Shown here one piece after another: positions 27,485 through 36,568 of a DNA stretch of 64,000 bases. The stretch covers positions 35 to 64,034 of the forward strand of contig CAZYSY010000208.1 in the NCBI GenBank assembly GCA_964650295.1, read 5' to 3'. Each line of letters begins with the position of its first letter. The stretch's first letter is position 1. The notes beneath the pieces are model-generated. The model ran no database searches and was not told the origin of the DNA. It was given only the letters and a program-made list of their open reading frames with translations. The stretch is from an uncultured Caldilineales bacterium. Lineage in GTDB: Bacteria; Chloroflexota; Anaerolineae; J102. Both the position numbers and the translations under genes were made by a program.

Positions 27485-29281
27485 CTAACCAGCAAAAATG
27501 CGGCGGTAGGCTTCGGATGTGCGCAAGAGTGCTTCATGATCGCCTAATGCCACAATGCGTCCCTTGCGCAAAACAACAATTAGATCAGCCCAACGAATCT
27601 GTGAGAGACGATGAGTGATAATAAAGGTGGTGCGATCGCGAGACGCAGCGAAAATGGCTCGCTGAATTTTATCTTCTGTGGCGCTGTCGATAGCACTCGT
27701 AGAATCATCCAGGATGAGGATGGTAGGATCGGTGAGGAATGCGCGAGCCAGAGCCAGACGCTGTCGCTGTCCACCCGACAGCGTGACCCCGCGCTCACCA
27801 ATAACGGTCTGATATCCATTTGGCATATCCATGATGAATTCATGGGCCTGGGCGGCTTTGGCCGCTACAATGATTTCCTCCATGGTGGCGTCAGGTCGAC
27901 CAAATGCGATGTTTTCTGCGACGGATCGAGAAAACAGGAATATGTCCTGCTCGATGATGGAAATCTGACGACGCAGCGCCTCTATATCCCACTCCCGCAC
28001 ATCAATGCCATCAATCAATACGCGCCCAGACGAGACATCGTAGGTGCGATTGATGAGTTTTGCCAGAGTTGTTTTGCCAACACCTGTCTGTCCGACAATG
28101 GCAACTCGCTGGCCGGATCTCACATGAAAGTCGATATCTTGCAGAATTGGCTCAGCATCTGGGGTATAGGTAAAGAAAACATGATCGAAAGTCACATCAC
28201 CAAGCATCTTCTGGGCATGGCCACCAATGTTTTGGTCGATTTCCGTTTCGGTATTGATAAGTTCAAGAATTCGGCGTGCTGCCGAGATACCCGAAGAAAC
28301 GCGTGAGTAGGCGAATAGCGATACAAAGGTGGGAAAGCCCAATAAAGCCAATAATCCCATATAAGCTACCACATCCCCCGTGTCAATTAGACCGCGACGA
28401 AAAAGAATGACCGCATGCAGGAAGCCAGCAGCATTGGTCAGCGCTAACAAGAGCAAGGGAAGAAAACGCGCCTCGACATCACCCTGGTGGATGAAGGCGT
28501 CACGAAACGCTCGCGCCACTTGCGCAAATCGTCGCACTTCCTGTTCTTCTTGAGCCGCCCCCTTGACGATTTCGATGCCATCAAGTACTTCGGCAAGACG
28601 CGTGTTCATAGCACCAAAAGTATCACGCACACGTCGAGTAATCGGCTGCAGCTCATGAAGATATTGCGCCAGCGCTCCCATATAAAGTATCGAGAAGACA
28701 GCCGGAGCCAAAACTAGCGAGAAATGATAACGGGGCGCCATGATCATAGGCATAAGCATGAACATCATCGAACCAATGACGAGATTGACGCCTGGGTTCA
28801 TCATGAAGTTGATTTCCCTAACGTCGTTAGTGGCTCTAGCCATCGTATCACCCACGGGTTGCAAACTATGAAACATCATACTTTTACCCAGCAAGCTAAC
28901 GTACAGCTCGTCTCGAATATCCCTTTCGAGGCATTGCCCAATAAGCTCAGCGCTAAAATTACGCATGAGTTGTAGACCGCTCCGCACCAACTGCGAAATC
29001 ATAATAAGAATGGCCGATCGGATAAGGATAGCAGGCAGGGGAGGGTGTGTCAGGATGCCGTTAAATGCCTGTCCAGTAAGGATAGGGATTGCTGAAGCAA
29101 GCAGAGCGTTCGATAATGCTCCCAGAATTAACACCCCCCACAAATACCAATACCGGATGGCATGAGAAAACAACCAACGCACTGGCCCCTTACGATTTGT
29201 GTGGTAATGATCTGGAACGTTAAATTCGGTGTAGTGCGGCGGTGGTGATATAGAAGTCAGAGATGCCATAACACCGGGCAT
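27485..29281 (-). CDS. ABC transporter, fused permease/ATPase (partner half-transporter, probable heterodimer)
   Basis: Walker [10 protein letters not shown], signature LSGGQRQR, Walker B ILDDSTSA. It is adjacent to and co-oriented with the 25566-27377 gene. Confidence 0.9.
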   Translation of the reverse strand: MPGVMASLTSISPPPHYTEFNVPDHYHTNRKGPVRWLFSHAIRYWYLWGVLILGALSNALLASAIPILTGQAFNGILTHPPLPAILIRSAILIMISQLVRSGLQLMRNFSAELIGQCLERDIRDELYVSLLGKSMMFHSLQPVGDTMARATNDVREINFMMNPGVNLVIGSMMFMLMPMIMAPRYHFSLVLAPAVFSILYMGALAQYLHELQPITRRVRDTFGAMNTRLAEVLDGIEIVKGAAQEEQEVRRFAQVARAFRDAFIHQGDVEARFLPLLLLALTNAAGFLHAVILFRRGLIDTGDVVAYMGLLALLGFPTFVSLFAYSRVSSGISAARRILELINTETEIDQNIGGHAQKMLGDVTFDHVFFTYTPDAEPILQDIDFHVRSGQRVAIVGQTGVGKTTLAKLINRTYDVSSGRVLIDGIDVREWDIEALRRQISIIEQDIFLFSRSVAENIAFGRPDATMEEIIVAAKAAQAHEFIMDMPNGYQTVIGERGVTLSGGQRQRLALARAFLTDPTILILDDSTSAIDSATEDKIQRAIFAASRDRTTFIITHRLSQIRWADLIVVLRKGRIVALGDHEALLRTSEAYRRIFAG

Positions 29282-29427
29282 TATATCGCAAAAATGCAGC
29301 AGGCGCCATCACTTGTCTCTTGTTTAGGCAAAACTGAAACGCACCCTCTCTTATGGAAAAAACAGGAGAGATCGTGGCCCGTTAAGAAGATGCGCATTTG
29401 AAACTTGAGAACAGTGCTGCGCATTTC

Positions 29428-29470
29428 GACGAACAAAGACGATGGTTGACGAACAATAGAAGATGGTTCA
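29428..29470. repeat. Tandem imperfect direct repeat (cgacgaacaaagacgatggttga / cgaacaatagaagatggttca) in the region upstream of the ABC exporter operon
   Basis: Two roughly 21-nt units with 3-4 mismatches, read directly. They lie ~150 nt upstream of the minus-strand start at 29281. Confidence 0.3.
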
Positions 29471-29557
29471 CCTCATCCACCTTCGTCTTTATTCTGTTTT
29501 CGTCCGATGAGTTAGAAGCGTCTCCAAGATTCATTTCAAGTTCATATCATCAACCAC

Positions 29558-31057
29558 TTAACTTCCTGGCACCACGTCGTAGGTAAATTTTCCTATCAGT
29601 CGTGATGGGCCTGATATGTCTCCATCCGCATTTTTGCTGCGAACTTGATAGTAGGTGCCTCCTGCTTGCGTAGCGACGCCAGAGTCAGTCCAACTGTTGG
29701 TAGTAACTTCGGTGTGGAAATGTTGGATCGCTGGTGAAAAAAGAGGCCTTTCTGTATTTCTGTAGATGCGATAGCTCATTCCCTGGTAATCATCCCACTG
29801 GATAATTACATCCGCACCATTCAGTGTAATCGTGGGGTATAGAGTGGGAGGCTGTTGGATGGGGGTAGCGCTGGGATCGAGCTGCCAGAGTCGTCCTACT
29901 AGACCGCGATCGCCGACGACGATCTTGTCTTGATCGGGCCAGTAGCTTAGGGTGATGAAGTCGCGATCGGATGCCACCATGGTTTCCCAGGTTTCCAAGT
30001 CATGCGACCGCAGGATGCGGTTATCCTCAGTAACCAGGTAGAGTCTGTTGGCCGCATCAATGGCAAAGGGGTTATATACCCATGTCTGCACAGAAAAGTC
30101 GGGGAAAGGGTAGGTGATTGTACTGCCATCTGTCTGAATAGCAATGATTCCATCCCTGGCCGCTGCAAGGGCTAGAAGCTGGTTGTTATAGACGTATAGA
30201 CGAGATCGACAATTTGTCTTCCCGTTACAACCAGCAAGGCGCTGCCACACACTACCCCCATCAGAACTTTCAGCTATTCCGCAGGGTGACCCATAATCAT
30301 CGCTCCAGGTTGCATAAAGCTTGCTGTTGAATTGAATAATATCATATGTCCGATAATTCCCCACTCCGTCATCCTTATCCGCCATTCGGGTCCAAGTCTC
30401 ACCAAGGTCTGTACTGCGAAAAATTTCACCTGTCCAGGTTTTGTAGTCGCCTGTGTGGGAACTCACTGCGACATAAAGCCCATTTGCAGTACTTTCTATG
30501 CCCCAACTGTGAATCACGTTGGGCAGATTGCGATGTTTGACAATTGTTCCCGTCGTTGGAGTATAGACATAAGTATTTCCCCAATCCCATGGGTGTCCCC
30601 CGGGGAGGGCTGGATCAGTGGGGTCTGGTCCCGGGATGTGTAAATGCTGGGTGTCTACATCTCGAACCATATCGATGAAGCCCTGTTCGCTAGGTTGGTA
30701 AATCGCACTGACGACGCTGGAGTGATAGCTTGCAAAAAGAGAGCCGTTGAATTCTGAGGGACGTGCTTTTCCAAATCCGAGGTAAAGTTCGTTTCCCCAA
30801 GGCAAGATAGAGTAGTTGCTAAAGTAGACTGGATCGGGCTGGTAGCCCGTGTTGTCCTCAAACCATTGAGCGTAATCGCATCCTGGTCTTAAGTCTTGCA
30901 GGTTGTGAACACCTGGCGCTGGTGGGGATGTCGTGGGGCAATCGGATGTCGCAGCAGTGGGCTGTTTGAGTGGGGTAGGTTGTACGTGTGGGAGGATCAT
31001 GCTGCCACATGACGCGATCAAAAAAACGAACAATAAAATAAACATTGAAAATTTCAT
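29558..31057 (-). CDS. Lipoprotein with BNR/Asp-box (sialidase-like beta-propeller) repeats and a C-terminal FN3-like domain
   Basis: The start was moved to ATG at 31057 (MKFSMFILLFVFLIASC lipobox, AAGGA upstream). Asp-box motifs STDLGETW and SSDGGSVW are present. Confidence 0.65.
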   Translation of the reverse strand: MKFSMFILLFVFLIASCGSMILPHVQPTPLKQPTAATSDCPTTSPPAPGVHNLQDLRPGCDYAQWFEDNTGYQPDPVYFSNYSILPWGNELYLGFGKARPSEFNGSLFASYHSSVVSAIYQPSEQGFIDMVRDVDTQHLHIPGPDPTDPALPGGHPWDWGNTYVYTPTTGTIVKHRNLPNVIHSWGIESTANGLYVAVSSHTGDYKTWTGEIFRSTDLGETWTRMADKDDGVGNYRTYDIIQFNSKLYATWSDDYGSPCGIAESSDGGSVWQRLAGCNGKTNCRSRLYVYNNQLLALAAARDGIIAIQTDGSTITYPFPDFSVQTWVYNPFAIDAANRLYLVTEDNRILRSHDLETWETMVASDRDFITLSYWPDQDKIVVGDRGLVGRLWQLDPSATPIQQPPTLYPTITLNGADVIIQWDDYQGMSYRIYRNTERPLFSPAIQHFHTEVTTNSWTDSGVATQAGGTYYQVRSKNADGDISGPSRLIGKFTYDVVPGS

Positions 31058-31466
31058 CTTGACATCCTTGGTTACAGTGAACAAAGATTTGTGGCTGGCT
31101 GGAGTGCGTTTTATGATAGCATGTTCCAGAGTATCATGCATGTTCCTTCCGTTACAGAATGAACATTGCAGGGGTGAAGCGTTGGACGGTATTAGGTGAC
31201 CATGGACGGGCCCATCGGGTGTACCCACGCTTCTGGCAAAAGTGGATTCGCGACATCAATTGATCAATTGGTCGAGGCTGCGCATTACTGATGCAGCGGG
31301 AGCTGCGTACTCAAAGCCAAAGACAAGGAGGCGATTACTTGATTTCATTTTGAATCTTATTCATTTTGGTGTACCATTTGGACACTTGAAAACTGGAAGA
31401 AGTTGATCCGTGTGCTATTATCAAATCTGAACTAGAATATTCACCAACAAAAGGATTGTTGCTACT

Positions 31467-31793
31467 ATGTCAAAGCCATTTCCCGTAACCGACGCCAATT
31501 TTAACAAAGAGGTCCTAGATAGTGAAACCCCTGTGATTGTAGACTTTTGGGCTGTCTGGTGTTCACCTTGCAAACTTATTGCTCCCATTCTGGAAGATCT
31601 GGCTGTGGAATTTGATGGTAAAGTCAAGGTCGCCAAATTGGATGTGGATCACAATCCCATGACGCCTGGACAGTATGGGATTATGGGAATCCCAACACTC
31701 ATTATCTTCAAAAAGGGGGCGCCGGTCGAGCGTATCGTGGGATACATGCCCAAAGATCGTTTACTGCAACGCATCTTGCCTCATATCCAATGA
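31467..31793 (+). CDS. trxA: Thioredoxin (variant WCSPC active site)
   Basis: 108 aa with 'FWAVWCSPCK' and the thioredoxin fold. It overlaps the next gene by ATGA. Confidence 0.9.
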   Translation: MSKPFPVTDANFNKEVLDSETPVIVDFWAVWCSPCKLIAPILEDLAVEFDGKVKVAKLDVDHNPMTPGQYGIMGIPTLIIFKKGAPVERIVGYMPKDRLLQRILPHIQ

Positions 31794-32836
31794 GCTCAAC
31801 TTCTCGTCCTCAGGACCCGATCTCGGCTCTGATGGGGTGGGCGGCGCACAATCTACGCGGCGCTTTGGTGACGGTGATCAAGACCCGTGGCTCCTCTCCA
31901 CGCCCGTTGGGGGCCATGATGGCAGTTGCGGAAACGGGGGAGATGGTGGGGTCTGTGAGTGGTGGATGTGTGGAGAGCGCAGTGGTGCAAGAGGCGATTA
32001 AGGTCCTTGCCGGCGCTCCCCCACGTCGAGTCGCCTATGGCATTGGTGATGATTGGGCGGCTGAGGCCGGGTTAACATGTGGTGGGGAAGTTGAAATTTA
32101 CATCTTGCCCTGGCATCCTAATCCTGTCTGGCGCGCATTACATTCGGCAAGACTGGATAAATTGCCTGTAGTTTTGGTATTGGGCTTTGGAGGAAGGTTC
32201 GAAGGCAAAATCGGTTTGTTTTATCGTGATGGCAACAAACTGGGCGCGCTGGCGCGTTATGAGGATATCTTACGTGAGCTTGTTAATACAACATTCGCTC
32301 AGCAGCGCACACGTACGAGCGTCGTTCTGCCCGATGGACGCACGGCCGTGGCGCTCATTCCCTTTTTCCCGCCGCAACGATTAGTGATCATCGGTGCAGT
32401 GCACCTTGCAGTTGCGTTGGTACGATATGCAAATGAGTTAGGCTATGAGACCATTGTGATAGATCCACGGCCCGCATTCGCTTCATTGGAACGATTTAAT
32501 CATGCTGATCGCTTGCTCATGGCCTGGCCTCAGGAAGTCTTGCCCGAGCTGCATCCCGATGCTGGCACCAGCATTGCAATTGTTAGCCACGATGACAAAA
32601 TCGATGTCCCGGCGTTGCAGTTGGCGCTGAATAGCGAGGCCCGTTACATTGGCGCTTTGGGTTCGCGTAAAACCGTGGCCCGCCGAATCAGGCGCTTACA
32701 CGAAATTGGTTTTACCCATGAACAAATCCAACGTGTTCATAACCCCATTGGCCTTGACCTGGGCGGGCGCACCCCCGAAGAGATAGCTTTGGCGGCCATG
32801 GCCGAAATCGTGGCCGCTCGCTATGGCAAGGCGTGA
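31790..32836 (+). CDS. XdhC/CoxI-family protein (molybdenum-cofactor insertion chaperone-like)
   Basis: N-terminal XdhC_CoxI-like and C-terminal Rossmann-like (…RLVIIGAVHLAVAL…) halves. It is translationally coupled to trxA. Confidence 0.75.
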   Translation: MSSTSRPQDPISALMGWAAHNLRGALVTVIKTRGSSPRPLGAMMAVAETGEMVGSVSGGCVESAVVQEAIKVLAGAPPRRVAYGIGDDWAAEAGLTCGGEVEIYILPWHPNPVWRALHSARLDKLPVVLVLGFGGRFEGKIGLFYRDGNKLGALARYEDILRELVNTTFAQQRTRTSVVLPDGRTAVALIPFFPPQRLVIIGAVHLAVALVRYANELGYETIVIDPRPAFASLERFNHADRLLMAWPQEVLPELHPDAGTSIAIVSHDDKIDVPALQLALNSEARYIGALGSRKTVARRIRRLHEIGFTHEQIQRVHNPIGLDLGGRTPEEIALAAMAEIVAARYGKA

Positions 32837-32854
32837 AATCAGCCAGCGAGGCGT

Positions 32855-35800
32855 TTGATGTCTACGACTCTCTATACCGCTCCAGCAGGTGCAGGAAAAA
32901 CAACTTTTGTAATACGGCAAGCCCACGTACGGGCTCAACGTTGGCAGTCGGCGCGGATTGTGGTGGCCAGCCGCCGACAAGCAGCTGCGGCCCACCGGCT
33001 GCTTGCTCTCTTGGGCGGAGGTATGGGGGTGCGCATCCAAACGATACATGATCTTGCTCGCGAGATATTGGACCTGACCGCCTCTCCACTGACGCTTATC
33101 AGCGATCCTATCCAGGTGCGGTTTGTACGTTCAATGGTGGATGACGCTCGGTTGCACTATTACGCACCGCTATCGCACATGCCCGGCTTCATTCGGGCAT
33201 TGCGCGAGTTGTTTTCCGAATTCACATATGATCTCGTCGCGCCTTCGGACTTTGAGCGCGCTGTGAGATGTATGGGGGAGCCAGAACGCTTAGCTGAACT
33301 AGCTCGGCTTTATGCCATGTATCGACATGGACTTCAGGACCGAAAATGGGTGGATCGTGCGGGAATGCTTTTACACGCCCGCTGTGCCGTGAAAACATCG
33401 CCCGAGCTATTAGGAAATTGGAATTTCCTTGGCGTCGATGGGTTTATGCGTTTTCGCCCTGCAGAGTTGGCGTTATTGCACGACATATCCCAACATGCAG
33501 ATACTGTTTGCTTCACGCTCATCCAACCTTCCAGCGACACAGACCTAGCAGCTGCAGCATCTTTTGCCGAAGCTATCGAGCAGGTCGAAACAACCTTTTC
33601 CGTTCGTGCGCAGCCGCTTTCAACTCAGTATTCCAGGCGTCTCTCTCCACAACATCGATTCATCGCGGCACCTGATATTGCAAATGAAGTTCGAGTGGCA
33701 CTGCGTTGGCTCAAAGAGCGCATTGTTATTGACGGCCTGCAATCATCGCAAGTGGCGCTGTTGGCACGTGACATCCGCTCCTACCGAGATGCGATTATTC
33801 AGATTGCCAGGGAATTTGAAATGCCTGTGCTGGTCTCGGGGGGATTCTCGGTGCGGAGCAATCCCGCCGTTGATGCTTTGCTGGCATTATTGAATTTGGT
33901 TGCACCAAAGACTGACCCCCATGCGCCCCCCAGGCAATTTCCGTTCCGGGCTACCATCAGCGCCTGGCGCTCTCCCTATTTTACCTGGGTATGGCCACAC
34001 GAAGGGCTTGCTATCACATCGCGCGATGCGGATAGGCTAGATCGGTTAGGTAGGTGGGCTCGTGTGACGGCTGGCGCGGAACAATGGGATGACGCTTTTG
34101 GACGATGGCTTCAACATTTGCAACATGAGCATACACCTCTATTAGACGATGGCAACACCCTGGTCACTACCTCTTCAGCCTTGTCGGATATTCAACTTTT
34201 GCGCCGAAAGTGGGCGTTGTTCAGGCAATCCATCACCCCTCCCCAAGGGCAACATCCTGTTCATGTCTTTGTGCATTGGCTTGAAGACCTCATTGGTTGC
34301 GAACCAGACGAGAGGGAGCAGTCAGAAATTATCGAGACGCCAAAAGACTCATTCTCGTTGAATATGGTGGCATCTATTCGCAACATTGATGATTCATGGC
34401 TGGTTGCTCGCGACATTGCCGCGTTAACTTCGCTCAAGGAAGTATTACGGTCCATGGTATGGGCTGCGGAGGCTTTGCAATTGCCTGACGTCACGTTCGC
34501 GGAGTTTCTCACAGATTTTGCTGGTGCACTTGAGGCCGCGCACTACGAAACGCGACAGGACGCAGGACGTGAAGTCATTTTGGCGCTCAATGTGACAGAA
34601 AGTTTAGGATTGCGCTTTGGTGCGGTGGCATTGCTAGGAATGGCTGAGGGCGCTTTTCCGGCAGTGGTGCGTGAAGATACTTTTCTTCGAGGCGATGATC
34701 GGGTTCGGCTGCAGCATTTGGGATTACAAGTGGAGCCATCTCCACGTAGTGAAGAGTCTGCCTTGTTTTATCTTGCTCGAACCCGCACCGATGGGCCACT
34801 ACTCTTTACTCGCCCTTGTTTGGCGCAGGGAGGAGCCGAATGGCAGGCTTCTCCATTTTGGGAGCAGCTCATAACAAACAGTGAGCAGCTTGGCGAATGT
34901 CGTAATGCAAGTTCGCTCAGCGGTATGCTGATAGCCTCCTATCCAGAATTATTGCTTGCACTGGCTTTCCCTGACCTGCCTCCTTTACAACGTCGAGTGA
35001 TGGAAACAGTGGCGGGCAAACGGTTGGCCCAGTGGATGCACGGCGCATCTATGACTGAACACCGATTCCATCGACGATATGATGGGCACGATGGCGATCT
35101 TTCTCGTTTGCGATCTGCATTTGCGCTCCGCTTCGGCCCCGATCATACTTGGTCTGCCGGGCGTCTAGAAACCTATCGCGCCTGTCCATACAGGTTCTTT
35201 GCCAGCCACATTCTATATCTCGAAGAACGACCTGAGCCGGCATTGGGGCTGGATAATCGTCAGTTGGGATTTATTTTTCATCGGGCGCTCGAGTTGGTGT
35301 TCCGCCGCGGCGCCGACAAAGCCAATGATGCTGATGCTCTCACTGCCATTTGGCAAGGGTTGGCAGATGAATTATTGGACACTGCGCCTGAGACTTATGG
35401 TTTTCGCCCAACAGCCTGGTGGCCTCAAATTCGTGAGCAAATCATCGAGACCGTGAGTCGCACCCTTGTCGCCCTGGCGGCAGAAAGTGATGGTTGGAGG
35501 CCCCGCGCGTTTGAGGCTGCTTTCGGATTCGAAGGGCATCCTGTGTTGGCCGTGACGCATGATGAACGTGTGGGCGAGGCGCTTCGCCTGCGAGGAGTCA
35601 TCGATAGGATTGACAGTGATGGTCGTGGAAACTTGCGCGTCATCGACTATAAGCGCGGTGGGGTTTGGGGATATAACGATCGCGCCTTGGCCGAAGGGAA
35701 ATACCTGCAACTGCCGCTGTACGCCCTGGCCGCCTCGCAGGCCCTGGAACATGGGCGGCCTGTGGATGGGTTTTATTGGAGTATCACCCGGGCAGAGCCA

Positions 35801-35980
35801 AGCAAGTTGCGCTTAAGTAAGATTGGCGTCGAGGAGGCAGCGAGTATGGCTTTAGCTCATGCCTGGGACGCAGTGGAGGGCGCGCGAGCTGGGCGCTTTC
35901 AGCCGCTACCCCCAAGTGAAGGCTGTCCTGATTTTTGCCCTGCGGCTGCATTTTGCTGGCATTACCGACCGCGACCTTGA
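32855..35980 (+). CDS. addB: AddB/RexB-like helicase-nuclease subunit (PD-(D/E)XK nuclease with Fe-S cluster)
   Basis: N-terminal degenerate P-loop 'TAPAGAGKTT'. The C-terminal nuclease has 'VIDRID…LRVIDYKRGG' and four Cys (CPYRF…EGCPDFCPAAAFC), as in the AddB iron-staple domain. No AddA-like gene is adjacent. Confidence 0.65.
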   Translation: MMSTTLYTAPAGAGKTTFVIRQAHVRAQRWQSARIVVASRRQAAAAHRLLALLGGGMGVRIQTIHDLAREILDLTASPLTLISDPIQVRFVRSMVDDARLHYYAPLSHMPGFIRALRELFSEFTYDLVAPSDFERAVRCMGEPERLAELARLYAMYRHGLQDRKWVDRAGMLLHARCAVKTSPELLGNWNFLGVDGFMRFRPAELALLHDISQHADTVCFTLIQPSSDTDLAAAASFAEAIEQVETTFSVRAQPLSTQYSRRLSPQHRFIAAPDIANEVRVALRWLKERIVIDGLQSSQVALLARDIRSYRDAIIQIAREFEMPVLVSGGFSVRSNPAVDALLALLNLVAPKTDPHAPPRQFPFRATISAWRSPYFTWVWPHEGLAITSRDADRLDRLGRWARVTAGAEQWDDAFGRWLQHLQHEHTPLLDDGNTLVTTSSALSDIQLLRRKWALFRQSITPPQGQHPVHVFVHWLEDLIGCEPDEREQSEIIETPKDSFSLNMVASIRNIDDSWLVARDIAALTSLKEVLRSMVWAAEALQLPDVTFAEFLTDFAGALEAAHYETRQDAGREVILALNVTESLGLRFGAVALLGMAEGAFPAVVREDTFLRGDDRVRLQHLGLQVEPSPRSEESALFYLARTRTDGPLLFTRPCLAQGGAEWQASPFWEQLITNSEQLGECRNASSLSGMLIASYPELLLALAFPDLPPLQRRVMETVAGKRLAQWMHGASMTEHRFHRRYDGHDGDLSRLRSAFALRFGPDHTWSAGRLETYRACPYRFFASHILYLEERPEPALGLDNRQLGFIFHRALELVFRRGADKANDADALTAIWQGLADELLDTAPETYGFRPTAWWPQIREQIIETVSRTLVALAAESDGWRPRAFEAAFGFEGHPVLAVTHDERVGEALRLRGVIDRIDSDGRGNLRVIDYKRGGVWGYNDRALAEGKYLQLPLYALAASQALEHGRPVDGFYWSITRAEPSKLRLSKIGVEEAASMALAHAWDAVEGARAGRFQPLPPSEGCPDFCPAAAFCWHYRPRP

Positions 35981-36444
35981 TCATGTTCTCATCATGCAGC
36001 ACGCCTGTGTTTTGGCCTATCTGCGGCTGGCTCCCTAATGTGCCGAGCACACATGAATGAACCCCTCCAGGACCCGGCTATGCCTCTAGCACGGATCAAC
36101 ATTAAAAAGAACCTGCTCACAAATGCTCTTACCCTCATGCTTACCTGTTGTTCGTCTGCAACAAGAATAGCCTTGATTCAGTTGCTGCTTCAAAAAACGT
36201 TTGCTTAGGCAATGGCTTTATGCTAAACTTAAAGCGTTGCTCCCTTTCATATGCGTGATGCCCGAGGAACGTTTTGAGCCAACACCAGACCCAGGGGAGC
36301 CGGGTCATGCACTGGCCAACGTGATAGCCCTTGATTGGCAAGACTGAGGCTAGGCGTAGGCTCCCACCTGTTTCATACAGGTTCAAAAGCACCTGGGCAC
36401 ACGGTATGGAGGGGGGCGGAGAAATCACAATCTTTTTTCCACCT

Positions 36445-36494
36445 AACGCCGCTGTGATGACGCAAGCCTGCAGCGGCGTTATTGTTTTTTCCCC
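36445..36494 (+). terminator. Intrinsic terminator: perfect 10-bp stem (aacgccgctg / cagcggcgtt), 16-nt loop, followed by attgTTTTTTcc; lies 75 nt upstream of the CapA-M23 gene start
   Basis: Hairpin and T-run read directly. It sits at the end of a ~590-nt non-coding gap after addB. Confidence 0.45.
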
Positions 36495-36568
36495 TTGTGT
36501 GATTTTCATCTGCCTGCATTTTGCGATTAAAATAGGCTATTCTCTGATATGGTGATGAATTTTCACCA

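Noticed and set aside
36141-36509. 122-aa minus-strand ORF in the addB–capA/M23 gap
   Set aside because: It has no RBS, runs antisense through a strong plus-strand intrinsic terminator, and its composition is not protein-like. I treated the region as a non-coding leader instead.
35981-36568. Assignment of the leader to the cyclic-di-AMP (ydaO) riboswitch class
   Set aside because: Only loose G-rich resemblance (GGGGAGC…). I could not align the conserved ydaO core by eye, so I left it as an unclassified structured-leader candidate.
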